Part shown: positions 25,206 to 36,790 of the stretch, piece after piece
Position numbering within the stretch: position 1 is the first letter of the stretch
Layout of the letters: every line of letters starts with the position of its first letter
Assembly: GCA_012295275.1 (NCBI GenBank)
Contig: CM022677.1
Location: 6,138,001-6,202,000 of the forward strand
Origin: Chrysomallon squamiferum
Taxonomy: Eukaryota > Animalia > Mollusca
Direction of reading: 5' to 3'
DNA length: 64,000 bases
Translations under genes and position numbers: made by a program
Notes under the pieces: model-generated
Seen by the model: the letters and a program-made list of their open reading frames with translations, nothing else
Told to the model about the DNA's origin: nothing
The model's database searches: none

Positions 25206-25848
25206 CCTCCCCGTCTATCTCTGTCTCTCTCTGTCTCTCTCTCTGTTCTCACTCTTTCTCTCTCCTCTCAGTCTCTTTCTCTGTCTCTCTGTGTCACTCT
25301 GTCTCTCTCTCTCTCTCTTCCTCACTCTGTCTCTCTCTGTCACTATGTCTCCTCTCTGTCACTCTGTCTCTGTATCTACCCATGTGTGTCTCTTTCTCTC
25401 TTTCTCTCTATGACTCCTCTCTCTTTCTCTGTCTCTCTGTGTCACTCCCTCTCTCTGTCTCTTTCTCTGTCTCTCTCTGTCAGTATTTCCCTCTGTCTAT
25501 CTCCCATGTGTCTGTCTCTTTCTCTCTATGACTCCCTCAGTCTCTTTCTCTGTCTCTCTGGTCCCTGTCTCTCTGTCAGTATCTCTCTGTCTCCCTCTGT
25601 TCTCTACTGTGTCTTTCTCCGTCTGTCTCTGTCTCTCTCTTCCTCTCACTCTCTCTGTCTATCTCTGTGTCTGTATCTACCCATGGTCTTTCTCTTTCTC
25701 TTTTCTCTCAGCCTCTCTGACTCTCTGTCTCTGTCTCTGTTTCTGTCTCTCCCTGTCTGTCTCTGTCTCTCTCTCTCCATCTCTCTCTTTCCCTCTCTGA
25801 CTTTCTCTTTCTCTCTATCTCTCTCTAACTTTTCTCTCTTTCTTCACT
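24729..25848. repeat. ~1.1-kb degenerate (CT)n polypyrimidine tract
   Basis: Almost pure C/T on the + strand. Source of the spurious 405-aa SL-repeat ORF. Confidence 0.97.
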
Positions 25849-26439
25849 CCACACAAAATTAATAATTTTACCTAAAGTAAAGTTAACCAACAGACAAAAA
25901 TTAACAGCTACAACATGCAATTATTAACAATAACAATAATAATAAAACAGTAATTATTAACAATAACAATAAAAAAAACAATGATAAAAATACAATATTA
26001 ACAATATATCAAATAAAAATATATAAGAAATAAAATAAAATAATATTAGATGAAACTCACAGACATACGCATATACACAAAAACTTAATGAATTCATGTT
26101 CCATACCACACTCTGGAAATCATTATATTTGTGAAATTTAAATAACGTATCTGTATGAAAACGCAGAAAAACAATGTTTACATGTATTTCAAATTTTTAT
26201 ACCACATTTTTAGAGTAAAATGAAATGTTTATGAAAACATACAAACTTACAGTCCTAGAGGAACCCAAGTCTCTCTTTTTCTAACAAATAACATATACAA
26301 CTTTCACGTGTCAGAACGGAATTTACTAACAGATTCTGAAAAAGGAAAATAAAAATAATAATAATGATATATCTTTGAATTTAGATTTCTGTTTCATTTA
26401 AATAGTTTAGTTAAGTGCTAAACAAATTAAGAAAAAGTT

Positions 26440-29186
26440 AATCAAAATAAAATATAAACTCGTATCTGGACTGTATTGATTAGCAGGCTAATACTTCCCA
26501 TACTGACTTTCTTCATTTCATTATTCAGAAGGAAACCAGAGAATATTAAATGAGTGTAGAAAAAATAAAAATAAAAATTTAGGCGACGTCGTTTTACTGC
26601 TGTATTTAGAGTCGCCTCCCTTATGCGACATATCTTCACTGGTACATTTAGAGTCGCCTCCCTTATTGAAGATCTGTTCACTGGTTTATTTAGAGTAGCC
26701 TCTCTTACGTGAGATATGTTCACTGGGTTTTAAGAAATACAGGTAGAAAGAAAAGAAAGAACGAAGGAAAGAAAGAAAAGAAAGAAAATATTGAAGCAGG
26801 TTAGCGAATGAAGAAAACGGAAAATTGAATAAAGATAGAAATAATTAACTAAACAAATCGAAGTCTGGTACTATTTAAACACAGCAATCTGTTCAGCTTT
26901 TATTCAAAATAAAATATAAAATCATATGTAGACTGCATTGATTAGCATGTTAAGAATTTCCATACTGAATTCCTTCATTTCCTTACTGAGAAAGAAAAGG
27001 GAGAATACTAACTGACTGAAAAAAAAAAAATAAATAAACTTATGCGAGATGTGTTCACTGGTAAACTTAGAGTGTTCACTGCTTTTTAGATTCGCCTCCC
27101 TTATGTGAGATGTATTCACTGCTATATTTAGAGTGGCCTCCCTTATGTGACATGTGTTCACTGCATTTTAGAGTGGCCTCCCTTATGTGACATGTGTTCA
27201 CTGCTTTTTAGGGACGCCTCCCTTATGTGAGATCTGTTCATTTAACGTGTCGACCCGTATCCGAGATGTGTTCACTAGTATAGTTACAATAGCCTACCTC
27301 ATGCGACATGTGTTAACTGGAATTCAGAAAATAACAAAGAAAATTCGATTACAAAAACATAAATAAACAGTCAGTGAGAGCAGAGTATATGAACTGATTA
27401 AAAATGTATGATAAATAAATAATAAATAAAACATAATATGAAAAAAAAGAATGATGGAAAGAATGAAAGAAAGGAAACAAACGCTACAAAATATGGAAAG
27501 AAAGAAAGAAAGAAAGAAAGGTGGAAAAGAAAGAACGAAGGAAAGAAAGAAAAGAAAGAAAACATTGAAGCAGGCGAGCGAATGAACAAAACGGAAGAAT
27601 GAATAAAGATAGAAGTAACTAATACAAAATATCCAAGCGTGGTACTCTTTAAACGCAGCATTCTTTTCAGCTTTTATTCAAAATAAAATATAAAATCATA
27701 TGTACATTGCATTGATTAGCATCTTAAGAATTTCCATACTGAATTTCTTCATTTAATTACTGAGAAAGAAAAGAGAGAATACTCACTGACTGAAGAAAAA
27801 ATAAATAAAACTTATGCGACATGTGTTCACTGGTAAATTTAGAGTGGCCTCCCTTATGTGACATGTATTCACTGGTATATTTAGACTGGCTTCCCTTATG
27901 TGAGATGTATTCACTGCTATATTTAGAGTGGCTTCCCTTATATGGCATGTGTTCCCTGCTTTTCAGAGTGGCCTCCCTTATGTGAGATGTGTTCACTGCT
28001 TTTTAGAGTCCCCTCCCTTATGTGAGATGTGTTCACTGGTATATATAGAGTCGCCTCCCTTATGTGAGATGTGTTCACTGGTATATTTAGAGTGCCGACC
28101 CTTATCCGAGATTTCTTCACTAGTATAGTTACAATAGCCTACCTCATGCGAGATGTGCTCACTGGAATTAAGAAAATAACAAAGAAAATTCGATTACAGA
28201 GGCATAAATAAACAGTCAGTGAGAGCAGAGTGTATGAACTGGTTAAAAATATTCGAGAAATAATAAATAAATAAAATAAAGAAGGATGGAAAGAATGAAA
28301 GAAAGGAAATAGATAGAAAAGATGGAAAGGAAAGAAAGAAGTAAAGATAGAAAGAAATAAGAACGAAGGAAAGAAAGAAAAGAAAGAAAACATTGAAGCA
28401 GGTTAGCGAATGAAGAAAACGGAAGAATGAATAAAGATTGAAATAATTAACTAAACAAATCGAAGTCTGGTACTTTTTAAACACAGCAATCTGTTCAGCT
28501 TTTATTCGAAATAAAATTTAAAATCATATATATAATGTATTGATTAGCAGGTTAAGAATTTCCATACTGAATTTCTTCATTTGATTACAGACAAAGAAAA
28601 CAGGTAATAAAAAATAAAAAAATAAAAAAAATAAAAAAAATAAAAGTTTATGCAACATGTGTTCACTGATATATTTAAAGTGGCCTCCCTTATGGGAGAT
28701 GTGTTCTCTGGTTTTTAGATTCGCCTCCCTTATGTGAGATGTGTTCACTGCTTTTTAGAGTCGCTTCCCTTATGTGAGATGTGTTCACTGCTTTTTAGAG
28801 TCGCTTCCCTTATGTGAGATCTGTTCACTGGTATATTTAGAGTGGCTTCCCTTATGTGAGATGTATTCACTGCTATATTTAGAGTGGCCTCCCTTATGTG
28901 ACATGTGTTCACTGCTTTTTAGAGTGGCCTCCCTTATGTGAGATGTGTTGACTGCTTTTTAGAGTCGCCTCCGTTATGTGAGATGTGTTCACTGGTTTTT
29001 AGATTCGCCTCCCTTATGTGAGATCTGTACACTGGTATATTTAGAGTGCCCTCCCTTATGCGAGATGTGTTCACTAGTATAGTTACAATAGCCTACCTCA
29101 TGCGAGATGTGTTCACTGGTATATATAGAGTGGCCACCCTTATGTGAGATGTGTTCACTGCTTTTTTAGAGTCGCCTCCCTTATGT
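26440..29186. repeat. Higher-order tandem repeat: ~0.5-0.8-kb units each containing an internal ~39-41-bp minisatellite
   Basis: Unit starts (caaaataaaatataaa..gattagca..ttccatactga) at ~26443, 26905, 27679, 28508. Inner monomer TTAGAGT(C/G)GCCTCCCTTATGTGAGATGTGTTCACTG. A GA-rich block and gaagcaggttagcgaatgaa close the units. The array runs into the gap. Confidence 0.93.
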
Positions 29187-29386
29187 NNNNNNNNNNNNNN
29201 NNNNNNNNNNNNNNNNNNNNNNNNNNNNNNNNNNNNNNNNNNNNNNNNNNNNNNNNNNNNNNNNNNNNNNNNNNNNNNNNNNNNNNNNNNNNNNNNNNNN
29301 NNNNNNNNNNNNNNNNNNNNNNNNNNNNNNNNNNNNNNNNNNNNNNNNNNNNNNNNNNNNNNNNNNNNNNNNNNNNNNNNNNNNNN
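29187..29386. other. Assembly gap (200 N)
   Basis: Run of 200 N. Confidence 1.
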
Positions 29387-31049
29387 TATTTTATTTCTGT
29401 CTGGTATATAAATATTAATATCACACATTTACATGTTAAATGAATCTAATACATTAGTTGTATTACTGTCATATATTTTATTACATCTGGTAAATATTAA
29501 TATTACACATTTACATGTCACAGAACTGTTAATACCTTGTCCACACACATTAGCTCTATTTCCAGGCCACATTTGACACATCATTGCCTCTATAACCAAC
29601 TTCCTTTACAAGACATTTCCACATATTGTTCTGCCTTTTCCAGTGCTGAGAAAAAAGCCATACTGTGTCTAGAATGTCTGTATCTATTTCAGCTTTTATC
29701 AACAAGTCCCTCAACTGTATCCCACCATCGTGTAATCCACATTTCATGACAGGGTCAACAATATCAGCAATGTCAATGTACTCTCAGTTCCTCCATCTCT
29801 CACTCAACCAGTCTCTACAACGTTGTTTAGGACATTCGCCTTTATTTCAGACAACTTCTCAATCTCTCGTTCTTCAGCCTCGAAGGGACATGCATAGTGA
29901 TATGCTGTTCTCAGCCTCTGCAAACAATCAGTACAGTAATATTAGTAGCTATAGTAGTAATATGTGTGCCTGTATATAGTAATAGTATAGAAGCAGCAGT
30001 ATTAATAGGTGTAACACTAGTATGTTTGTGTATGTACATTAATTCACATGAATTCACATTAATACCCATAAGAAATCATCTGTTAGCAGAACAAATTAGC
30101 TGCAGAGAAACCAAATTTTGAGAGAAAGACTGGACAGAGAAACTGTCTTAGAAGAAAAGATTTCAGAAACAAGAGATAAATAAAAGTCTAAACACTGACA
30201 TGAAATGTTGGTAGCCATTTTGTAAACTGTAATACCTCATCACTCTCACTGCCTCATGCACAGATGTACACGTCTCTGTAATAAGTAAGTATATATATAT
30301 ATATCTGAATACACACACAACATGCATTGATGTACGTGAATATGTATGTAAATATATATATGTGTATATATATATATATATATATAAATACACACACACA
30401 TACACATGCAGACATACAAAAAGACACACAGATGCATGCTCACACATACATGCTGATGTACACACAAACACACACACATACATATTATAGTAAACCTATG
30501 TTGTACTGGATGTTGAAACAATCATAACCATCAACAGTTAATTGTTGTAACAACCAATCTGCTCATGATGTGTACTGTTAAAAAAACAACATTCAGCTAA
30601 GTGATAAAACTACAACATTCAGCTAAGTGATAAAACTACAACATTCAGCTAAGTGATAAAACTACAGATGTGTTCATTTCATCTGTTAAATACAGATCAT
30701 TAATACACATCTCTGTAGTTTGTTCACTAAACTTCTTTGTAAGTTATATTATTTGTATGTGTCTGTATGTATATACGTATGCAAATGTGTAAATGTGTGT
30801 CTGTATGTAAATATGTATGTGAATGTGTGTATCTTTACGTTTTTGTGTGTGTCTGTGTGTGTTTGCATGTGTATGTGTGTTTGTGTGTGTGTTTATGGTT
30901 ACTCACTTTGTCTAACAAATCTAAAACATCTCTTCTTCTTAAAAATCTGGCAACATCTTTCACAGTAACTCCTCTGACCTGTCTGTATGAAAAAATAATT
31001 ATTTTATAATTATACTTCTTTTGTACATACATACATACATACATACTTG

Positions 31050-31090
<41 letters not shown>

Positions 31091-32263
31091 ATTATTTGTT
31101 TTATTTGAAGTATTTAAAAGTTCTTTCTTCATCCTGTTCTTCAACATGAACTCAACAGATCAAGAGACAGATTGCCATTTGTCTTATCTAGAGAAAATAT
31201 CGTCACATTTCTTTCTCTCTACAAACATAAATACAATTATAATTAATAAATACTCTCTTAGAAAGACAGAAAATATAATTTTGATCTGAAATGTATGAAA
31301 ATTGTGTTGAATGGTTTATATAGTACAGTTATCTAGATCTGATGTATTTTCTAGGATTTTCTCTGCAATGTTTAACTATTTGTACATCATGAATAGGAAG
31401 CACATTCCAATATCTTTCTATAATGGAGTCAGAAAGTCTAATGTGATTTGATTCTGTGACTATTGACACTTCATATACTGAGTAGTGAGAAATATAATCC
31501 TACTGAAAACACAGCAGTCAGTTTAATTCATAGTTCACAGTTTTCTCTTTATTCCAGTGATTTAACACTGTGAAAAGCTGACTAACAAGTAAAACTGTAG
31601 TTAGATTAATTCATAGTTCACAGGTTTCTCTTTATTCCAGTGATTTAACACTGTGAAAAGCTGACTAACAAGTAAAACAGCAGTCAGTTTAATTCATAGT
31701 TCACAGTTTTCTCTTTATTTCAGTGATTTAACACTGTGATAACAAACTGACTAACAAGTAAAACAGTAGTTAGATTAATTCATAGTTCACAGGTTTCTCT
31801 TTATTCCAGTGATTTAACACTGTGAAAAGCTGACTAACAAGTAAAACAGCAGTCAGTTTAATTCATAGTTCACAGTTTTCTCTTTATTTCAGTGATTTAA
31901 CACTGTGATAACAAGCTGACTAACAAGTAAACCAGTAGTTAAATAGTTTACAGTTTGGTTTTGTCACAGTCCACTGTATAATGATAGGCTCACCTGGTCT
32001 TTGAGACTGAAATCTGGGTGACTTTGTAGAATCTTCCACATTAGCTGGAGTCTTCGTGTTGAAAACACTGCAAAACAAAGGTCCCTGTAAAGTAAGAAAT
32101 ATAAAATGATTTAAACATTTTCACATGAGCAAGTCCTTGATTGTCATCTTAACTTTTGTTATTAATATAACTACTTATAAACAAACATGTTAATAACATT
32201 ATAATAACATTTTGTAACCAATATTTGAAACACTAATACTGAATGTTCAAACTAATCCAAATG
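29387..32263 (-). pseudogene. Partial duplicate of the DEATH-fold-like pseudogene (exons equivalent to 14743-19090)
   Basis: Same exons and shared stops as 14594-19265. Truncated at ~32263 by the 42-bp minisatellite. Confidence 0.6.
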
Positions 32264-32680
32264 TACAGTGTTTATTTACTTATTGCTGCTAATATCATGT
32301 TTCAATGCAGTATTTACTTAATTTCTATCAAGTCACTGTACAGTGTTTATTTACTTAATTTCTGTTATCACGTTTCTGTACAGTGTTTATTTACTTAATT
32401 TCTGTTATCACATTATTGTACAGTATTTATTTACTTAATTTCTGTTATCACGTTACTGTACAGTGTTTATTTACTTAATTTCTGTTATCATGTTATCACG
32501 TTACTGTACAGTCTTTATTTACGTAATTTCTGTTATCTTATTTCTGTAATAATTAATGTATTTATTTGTATTTCTGTTATATTACTGTACAGTATTTATT
32601 TAATTTACTTTGTTATTGTACTGTATTTTGTTTACTTTTAATACTGCTAATAGCACATTTTTTTGTACAGTATTTATTTA
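32263..32680. repeat. Inverted, degenerate copy of the 42-bp minisatellite
   Basis: ctgtacagtgtttatttacttaatttctgttatcacgtta is the reverse complement of the 6975-7742 unit family. Confidence 0.88.
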
Positions 32681-33489
32681 CTTAATACTAGAGGATCCTG
32701 TATTTTATTTCTTAATACTAGAGGAGATATTCTTCATATTTCACAGAATATAGTCGTCTATAGAGAGAAAGAATGAAAAATAAAAATAAAAATAGAAATG
32801 AAATAAAGAGTAATGATTTTGTATAAAAACATTTTGTATCTATTAAAACTGACATTTATTCAAACACATTCATAAAATAAAATAAAAAAATTAAAATATT
32901 GTAATAACATAATAAAAAATAGAAATGACATAAAATGTTTTAACATGGCCAGTTTGAATACACGATTAATCAGTAGTGTCATCTAATTTGTATATGTATT
33001 TTGAAGAAGAAACAGAAAAACCCTTCTAAATCTTCATAACTTGAGAGGTGCGCCACTGCTAAATGACAGCTGTAATACACATTATAATCTGTTTGTTTTT
33101 TGTTTTTCGTTTTTTCTTGAGGAGTGTTTTTTCTTTTTCTTTTTTGTCTGTATGTTACATTATTCTATATTTTCCATAATATAGGTAGACAGACAGACAG
33201 ACAAATAGAAAAATAGGTAGTTACATATAATCAATGGATAACAGAAACATAACACACCAATCTCACACACACATAAACTCAAAGAAAAAAACAAATGTAC
33301 AACAAATAAGAAAAAGTAAAAATAATAAAATAATAAAATAAACAAATATAATGAAACGTGTCGTTTTATCCCCCCACCAGCTTAATAACCTGCGAAATTT
33401 AAACTGACATATGTTTAGAATTAAATCATCATAACTCTATTTTTATACCAGATATTTAGAATTCATATCACTAGTAGATACTTTCAAAT

Positions 33490-34989
33490 ATGTATCAGCA
33501 GTACATTATTTTAGTTTTGCTTTTATCAGCTGTGACTTCAGAACTGTTTACGTCCGTATCACATCTCTACAGGTCTGTACTAGCAGAAAGAGACTTGGCA
33601 ATAGCATTAAGAAATTTCAGTCGCATTCATGAACAAGGAACTAAATTGGAAAAGTTGAAAACAATTTCAGATCAAATGGAACAGCACTGTTCGATCGCAC
33701 TAATAGACCCAAATCGTTACATAGCCAACCCAATTGGTGCATTTTTATATATTAAACGTTTCACGTTGGACTGGGAACGAGATGTACAGCCTATTCTTCA
33801 CGAAAGTATTACGTCCCAGACAGAGCTGACTGAAATACAAGAAATTCGTGAACATCTTCCAAGTTACGAAGATTTAGAAGGGGCCGCTGCAGCTCTGTTC
33901 CGACTTCAGGATACATACAAATTAAATGCGACAAGATTAGCAGAAGGTTTTATATATGAACGATATATACAGAGATTATCAGCAGAAGACTGTTATCAAT
34001 TAGGTCGCCTTGCATACAAAATGAAAAAATACAAATATGTGCATATCTGGATGGAGACAAGTCTTGAGAAAGTAAGAACAGAAAAAATTCATGGCTATGA
34101 AATACACGGTAGAGAATTAGCGGGACAGATAGAACACGTTTTAAATTTGACAAATGAACAGTTAATGTTAGCTCGTGGACTTGAACGTGCTCCGAACAGA
34201 AGAAAAAAGTATTCAAGTATATCAAAACGTAGGAAAGAAAAGATAAAAGAAAATGCCAGAGTTAAAGAAAAAACAACTTTCGATGCTCTCTGTCGTGGTG
34301 AAGAAGTTATTAAAGTACAAAAGCGACATCGTTTGAAATGTCGCTACCATAACAATATCAAAAATCCGCTTTTAATTCTCAAGCCTGCTAAAGAAGAGAT
34401 TCTGCATTTCTCACCGAAAATTGTTCTCTATCATGATTTTATCAGTGATGCTGAAATTGAAGACATTACAACAGTTTCTTTGCCACTTTTAAAAACATCC
34501 GAAATCGATAACTTTGGAAAACATGTGAAATCTGAGAAAAGAATTAGCAAAAATACATTTTTAGGAAGAGGTTGCATAGAAGCAGACTTGAGAATTCAGA
34601 AAAGAATTGAAGCAATCACAGGTCTTTCAATGAAAGCTTCAGAACGACTGCAGGTAGCAAACTATGGAATAGGCGGGTACTTCACAGCTCATGCTGACTA
34701 TTTCCACAAAGCAGATTCTTGCCGTGGAAACAGAATTGCCACATGGTTAAACTATTTGAGTGATGTAGAAGGAGGTGCAACAGTGTTTCTTCATCTTGGT
34801 GTAAGAATACAACCTAAAGCAGGTGCAGCTATATTTTGGTATAATTTATATCGAAATGGTTCACCTAACAAAATGACAATTCATGGAGCTTGTCCCGTTC
34901 TGATTGGCTCAAAATGGGTGGCAACTTACTGGATTCTAAAAAAGGGACAAGAATTCAAGCGGCCATGGTCCACAAATCCAGAAGAATAA
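33490..34989 (+). CDS. P4HA: Prolyl 4-hydroxylase subunit alpha (collagen P4H type), single-exon CDS, probable retrogene
   Basis: 499-aa ORF with signal peptide + ELFTS, NPIGAFLYIKRFT, LP..EDLEGAAAALFRLQDTYKL, LSAEDCYQLGRLAY, LCRGE..LKCRY, RISK, LQVANYGIGGYF, H401-x-D403, GNRIATWL, H465 (HGACPVL) and K475 (GSKWV). Confidence 0.96.
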   Translation: MYQQYIILVLLLSAVTSELFTSVSHLYRSVLAERDLAIALRNFSRIHEQGTKLEKLKTISDQMEQHCSIALIDPNRYIANPIGAFLYIKRFTLDWERDVQPILHESITSQTELTEIQEIREHLPSYEDLEGAAAALFRLQDTYKLNATRLAEGFIYERYIQRLSAEDCYQLGRLAYKMKKYKYVHIWMETSLEKVRTEKIHGYEIHGRELAGQIEHVLNLTNEQLMLARGLERAPNRRKKYSSISKRRKEKIKENARVKEKTTFDALCRGEEVIKVQKRHRLKCRYHNNIKNPLLILKPAKEEILHFSPKIVLYHDFISDAEIEDITTVSLPLLKTSEIDNFGKHVKSEKRISKNTFLGRGCIEADLRIQKRIEAITGLSMKASERLQVANYGIGGYFTAHADYFHKADSCRGNRIATWLNYLSDVEGGATVFLHLGVRIQPKAGAAIFWYNLYRNGSPNKMTIHGACPVLIGSKWVATYWILKKGQEFKRPWSTNPEE

Positions 34990-35089
34990 ATGAAATAAAA
35001 TGTAACTTTTAACGTGCGCAGGTCCTAGAAAGAGGTTTCTTGCTTACTGATTAATTTTTGGTTTGTAAATATTTTACATAGGCATTTTT

Positions 35090-35112
35090 AAAAAAAAAAA
35101 AAAAAAAAAAAA
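35090..35112 (+). other. A23 tract, possible retroposition poly(A) remnant
   Basis: About 100 nt after the stop, with AATAAA at 34985 and 34994. Conserved as T28 (5461-5488) in the inverted paralog. Poly-A runs are common in this genome, so this is not decisive. Confidence 0.45.
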
Positions 35113-35933
35113 GTATATTTAAAGTACTTCTTAGTGCATGTTATTGATTTCTTTTCTTTTCTTTTTTCTTGCTTAATTCCGCACTATTTTTCAAAGACGC
35201 CTGTTTGTGTAAGTGACTCTCGTTCAAAATATAATGATTACGTCTTCTTGTCGCTTGAGTTTCTTCAACGGAGTTCTTAGAATCAGTGCAAATGTTACAC
35301 TTTGTCTTTAGATATAAGATACAACGACAGCAACAGTAAGAATATAACAAGAACAAACAAAAAAATATACGAATGCGGACAAACCGATATAAACATGCTT
35401 GCTGTTGTATTCTTTGTTCTTGATATTAAAATTAAAGATCGTGTTAACTGTAAAAGGAGATATATTTTTAATGGGTGTCTATTTATTTATTTATTTATTA
35501 AAAATATTAATCAAAGATGCTGTATGTGAATATTTATAATAATAATTTCTAATAAAAGTAATTTTCTCTTAGGTCCGTATACTGTTTACTCTCACGTAAT
35601 TCAAGTATTTTGTTTTAATGAAACATCTCATCATTATTTCAACAAAGAGGGAAACGCCTTGATCAAATATTATTATTATTATTATATGATTTCATCAGTG
35701 ACAGACTATTTCTCCTCTAACACTTGATAGTTCCTTAAAAAGTATTAAACTTACCAGTTTCTACTTATTTCAGCCAAACGTCGACAAGTCTGTTTTGAGA
35801 TGTACTGAAATTTGTAATATCAATAGTTAAAAATTATATATATTAACAGTCCATTGTAGATGTAAATTGTCATTACGTACATGTTGCGTTAAACAATGAG
35901 GTCACAAAACAAGTACTCTTATATTAAAAACTG

Positions 35934-36034
<101 letters not shown>

Positions 36035-36259
36035 GAGACACACACACTAGAAATATTTTATACACTTTACTTAATTAAAATATATAATGAAAACATTGTA
36101 TAAAATTCCCCGCATTGATGTAACAGTCGATTCAGTATGTTACTTTTTCATGTGTTATAATTACAGAATTAGAATATCATAAATGTCAGTAACTTGCTGT
36201 ACATTGCATAAATTATCCTAGGATATTTCAGATATATTGTTTACGTCATGAATACATGA

Positions 36260-36308
<49 letters not shown>

Positions 36309-36312
36309 TATA

Positions 36313-36790
36313 CAGTGGACTCTGAGAAAAACAGTCTTCGACTAATACAGATTTCTGAATAACCTGCACCATTTCAAAGTTTCGTCCAGCTATCGGTAAC
36401 CTATTATGAACAAAAAATAATCCAATCTCGATGATTCCGGGTGCAAATTCCAGAACAACAGAAAAGTTTATATAGTAATTAGCACTGAAACACAATTTTC
36501 GAAATATTATCATTTCTTAAACACTGATGGCAATTTGAACATAATTAGACTAGCGCGTGAGATAAAATGATCGCTCTTCTTTGATGGCTTAACAACCAAT
36601 GATATCAAGCTTCTTGTAATACTATATGCAGCTAGAAGAACAAGATTATTATTAGATTTGCACGTGTTTCCAGTGTAAACAAAAATATTTAGCTATACAC
36701 ACATATGTAGTGATTGTTACATGCAATTGTAGAAAATCACAGAGAAAACGTTGGTCTCAATGAATCATCCGGTTTTGCCAGCGTCCACTG
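36313..36790. mobile_element. pogo/Tigger-type (Tc1/mariner) MITE-like insertion
   Basis: TA|CAGTGGAC ... GTCCACTG|TA: 8-bp terminal inverted repeat starting CAGT with a TA target duplication. One end is shared with 3975-4010. Confidence 0.6.

Noticed and set aside
24645-25862. 405-aa ORF (SL/CL repeats)
   Set aside because: Translation of a CT microsatellite tract that cannot contain stop codons. No domain content.
26580-29186. CRISPR-like appearance of regularly spaced ~40-bp repeats
   Set aside because: Units are head-to-tail without unique spacers, there are no cas genes, and the context is eukaryotic.
29093-29443. ORFs spanning N runs (also 53457-53819)
   Set aside because: Artefacts of assembly gaps.
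33490-34989. Horizontal (bacterial or viral) origin of the intronless hydroxylase
   Set aside because: It has the full animal collagen-P4H architecture (signal peptide, N-terminal dimerisation and TPR-like domains), so retroposition is the simpler explanation.
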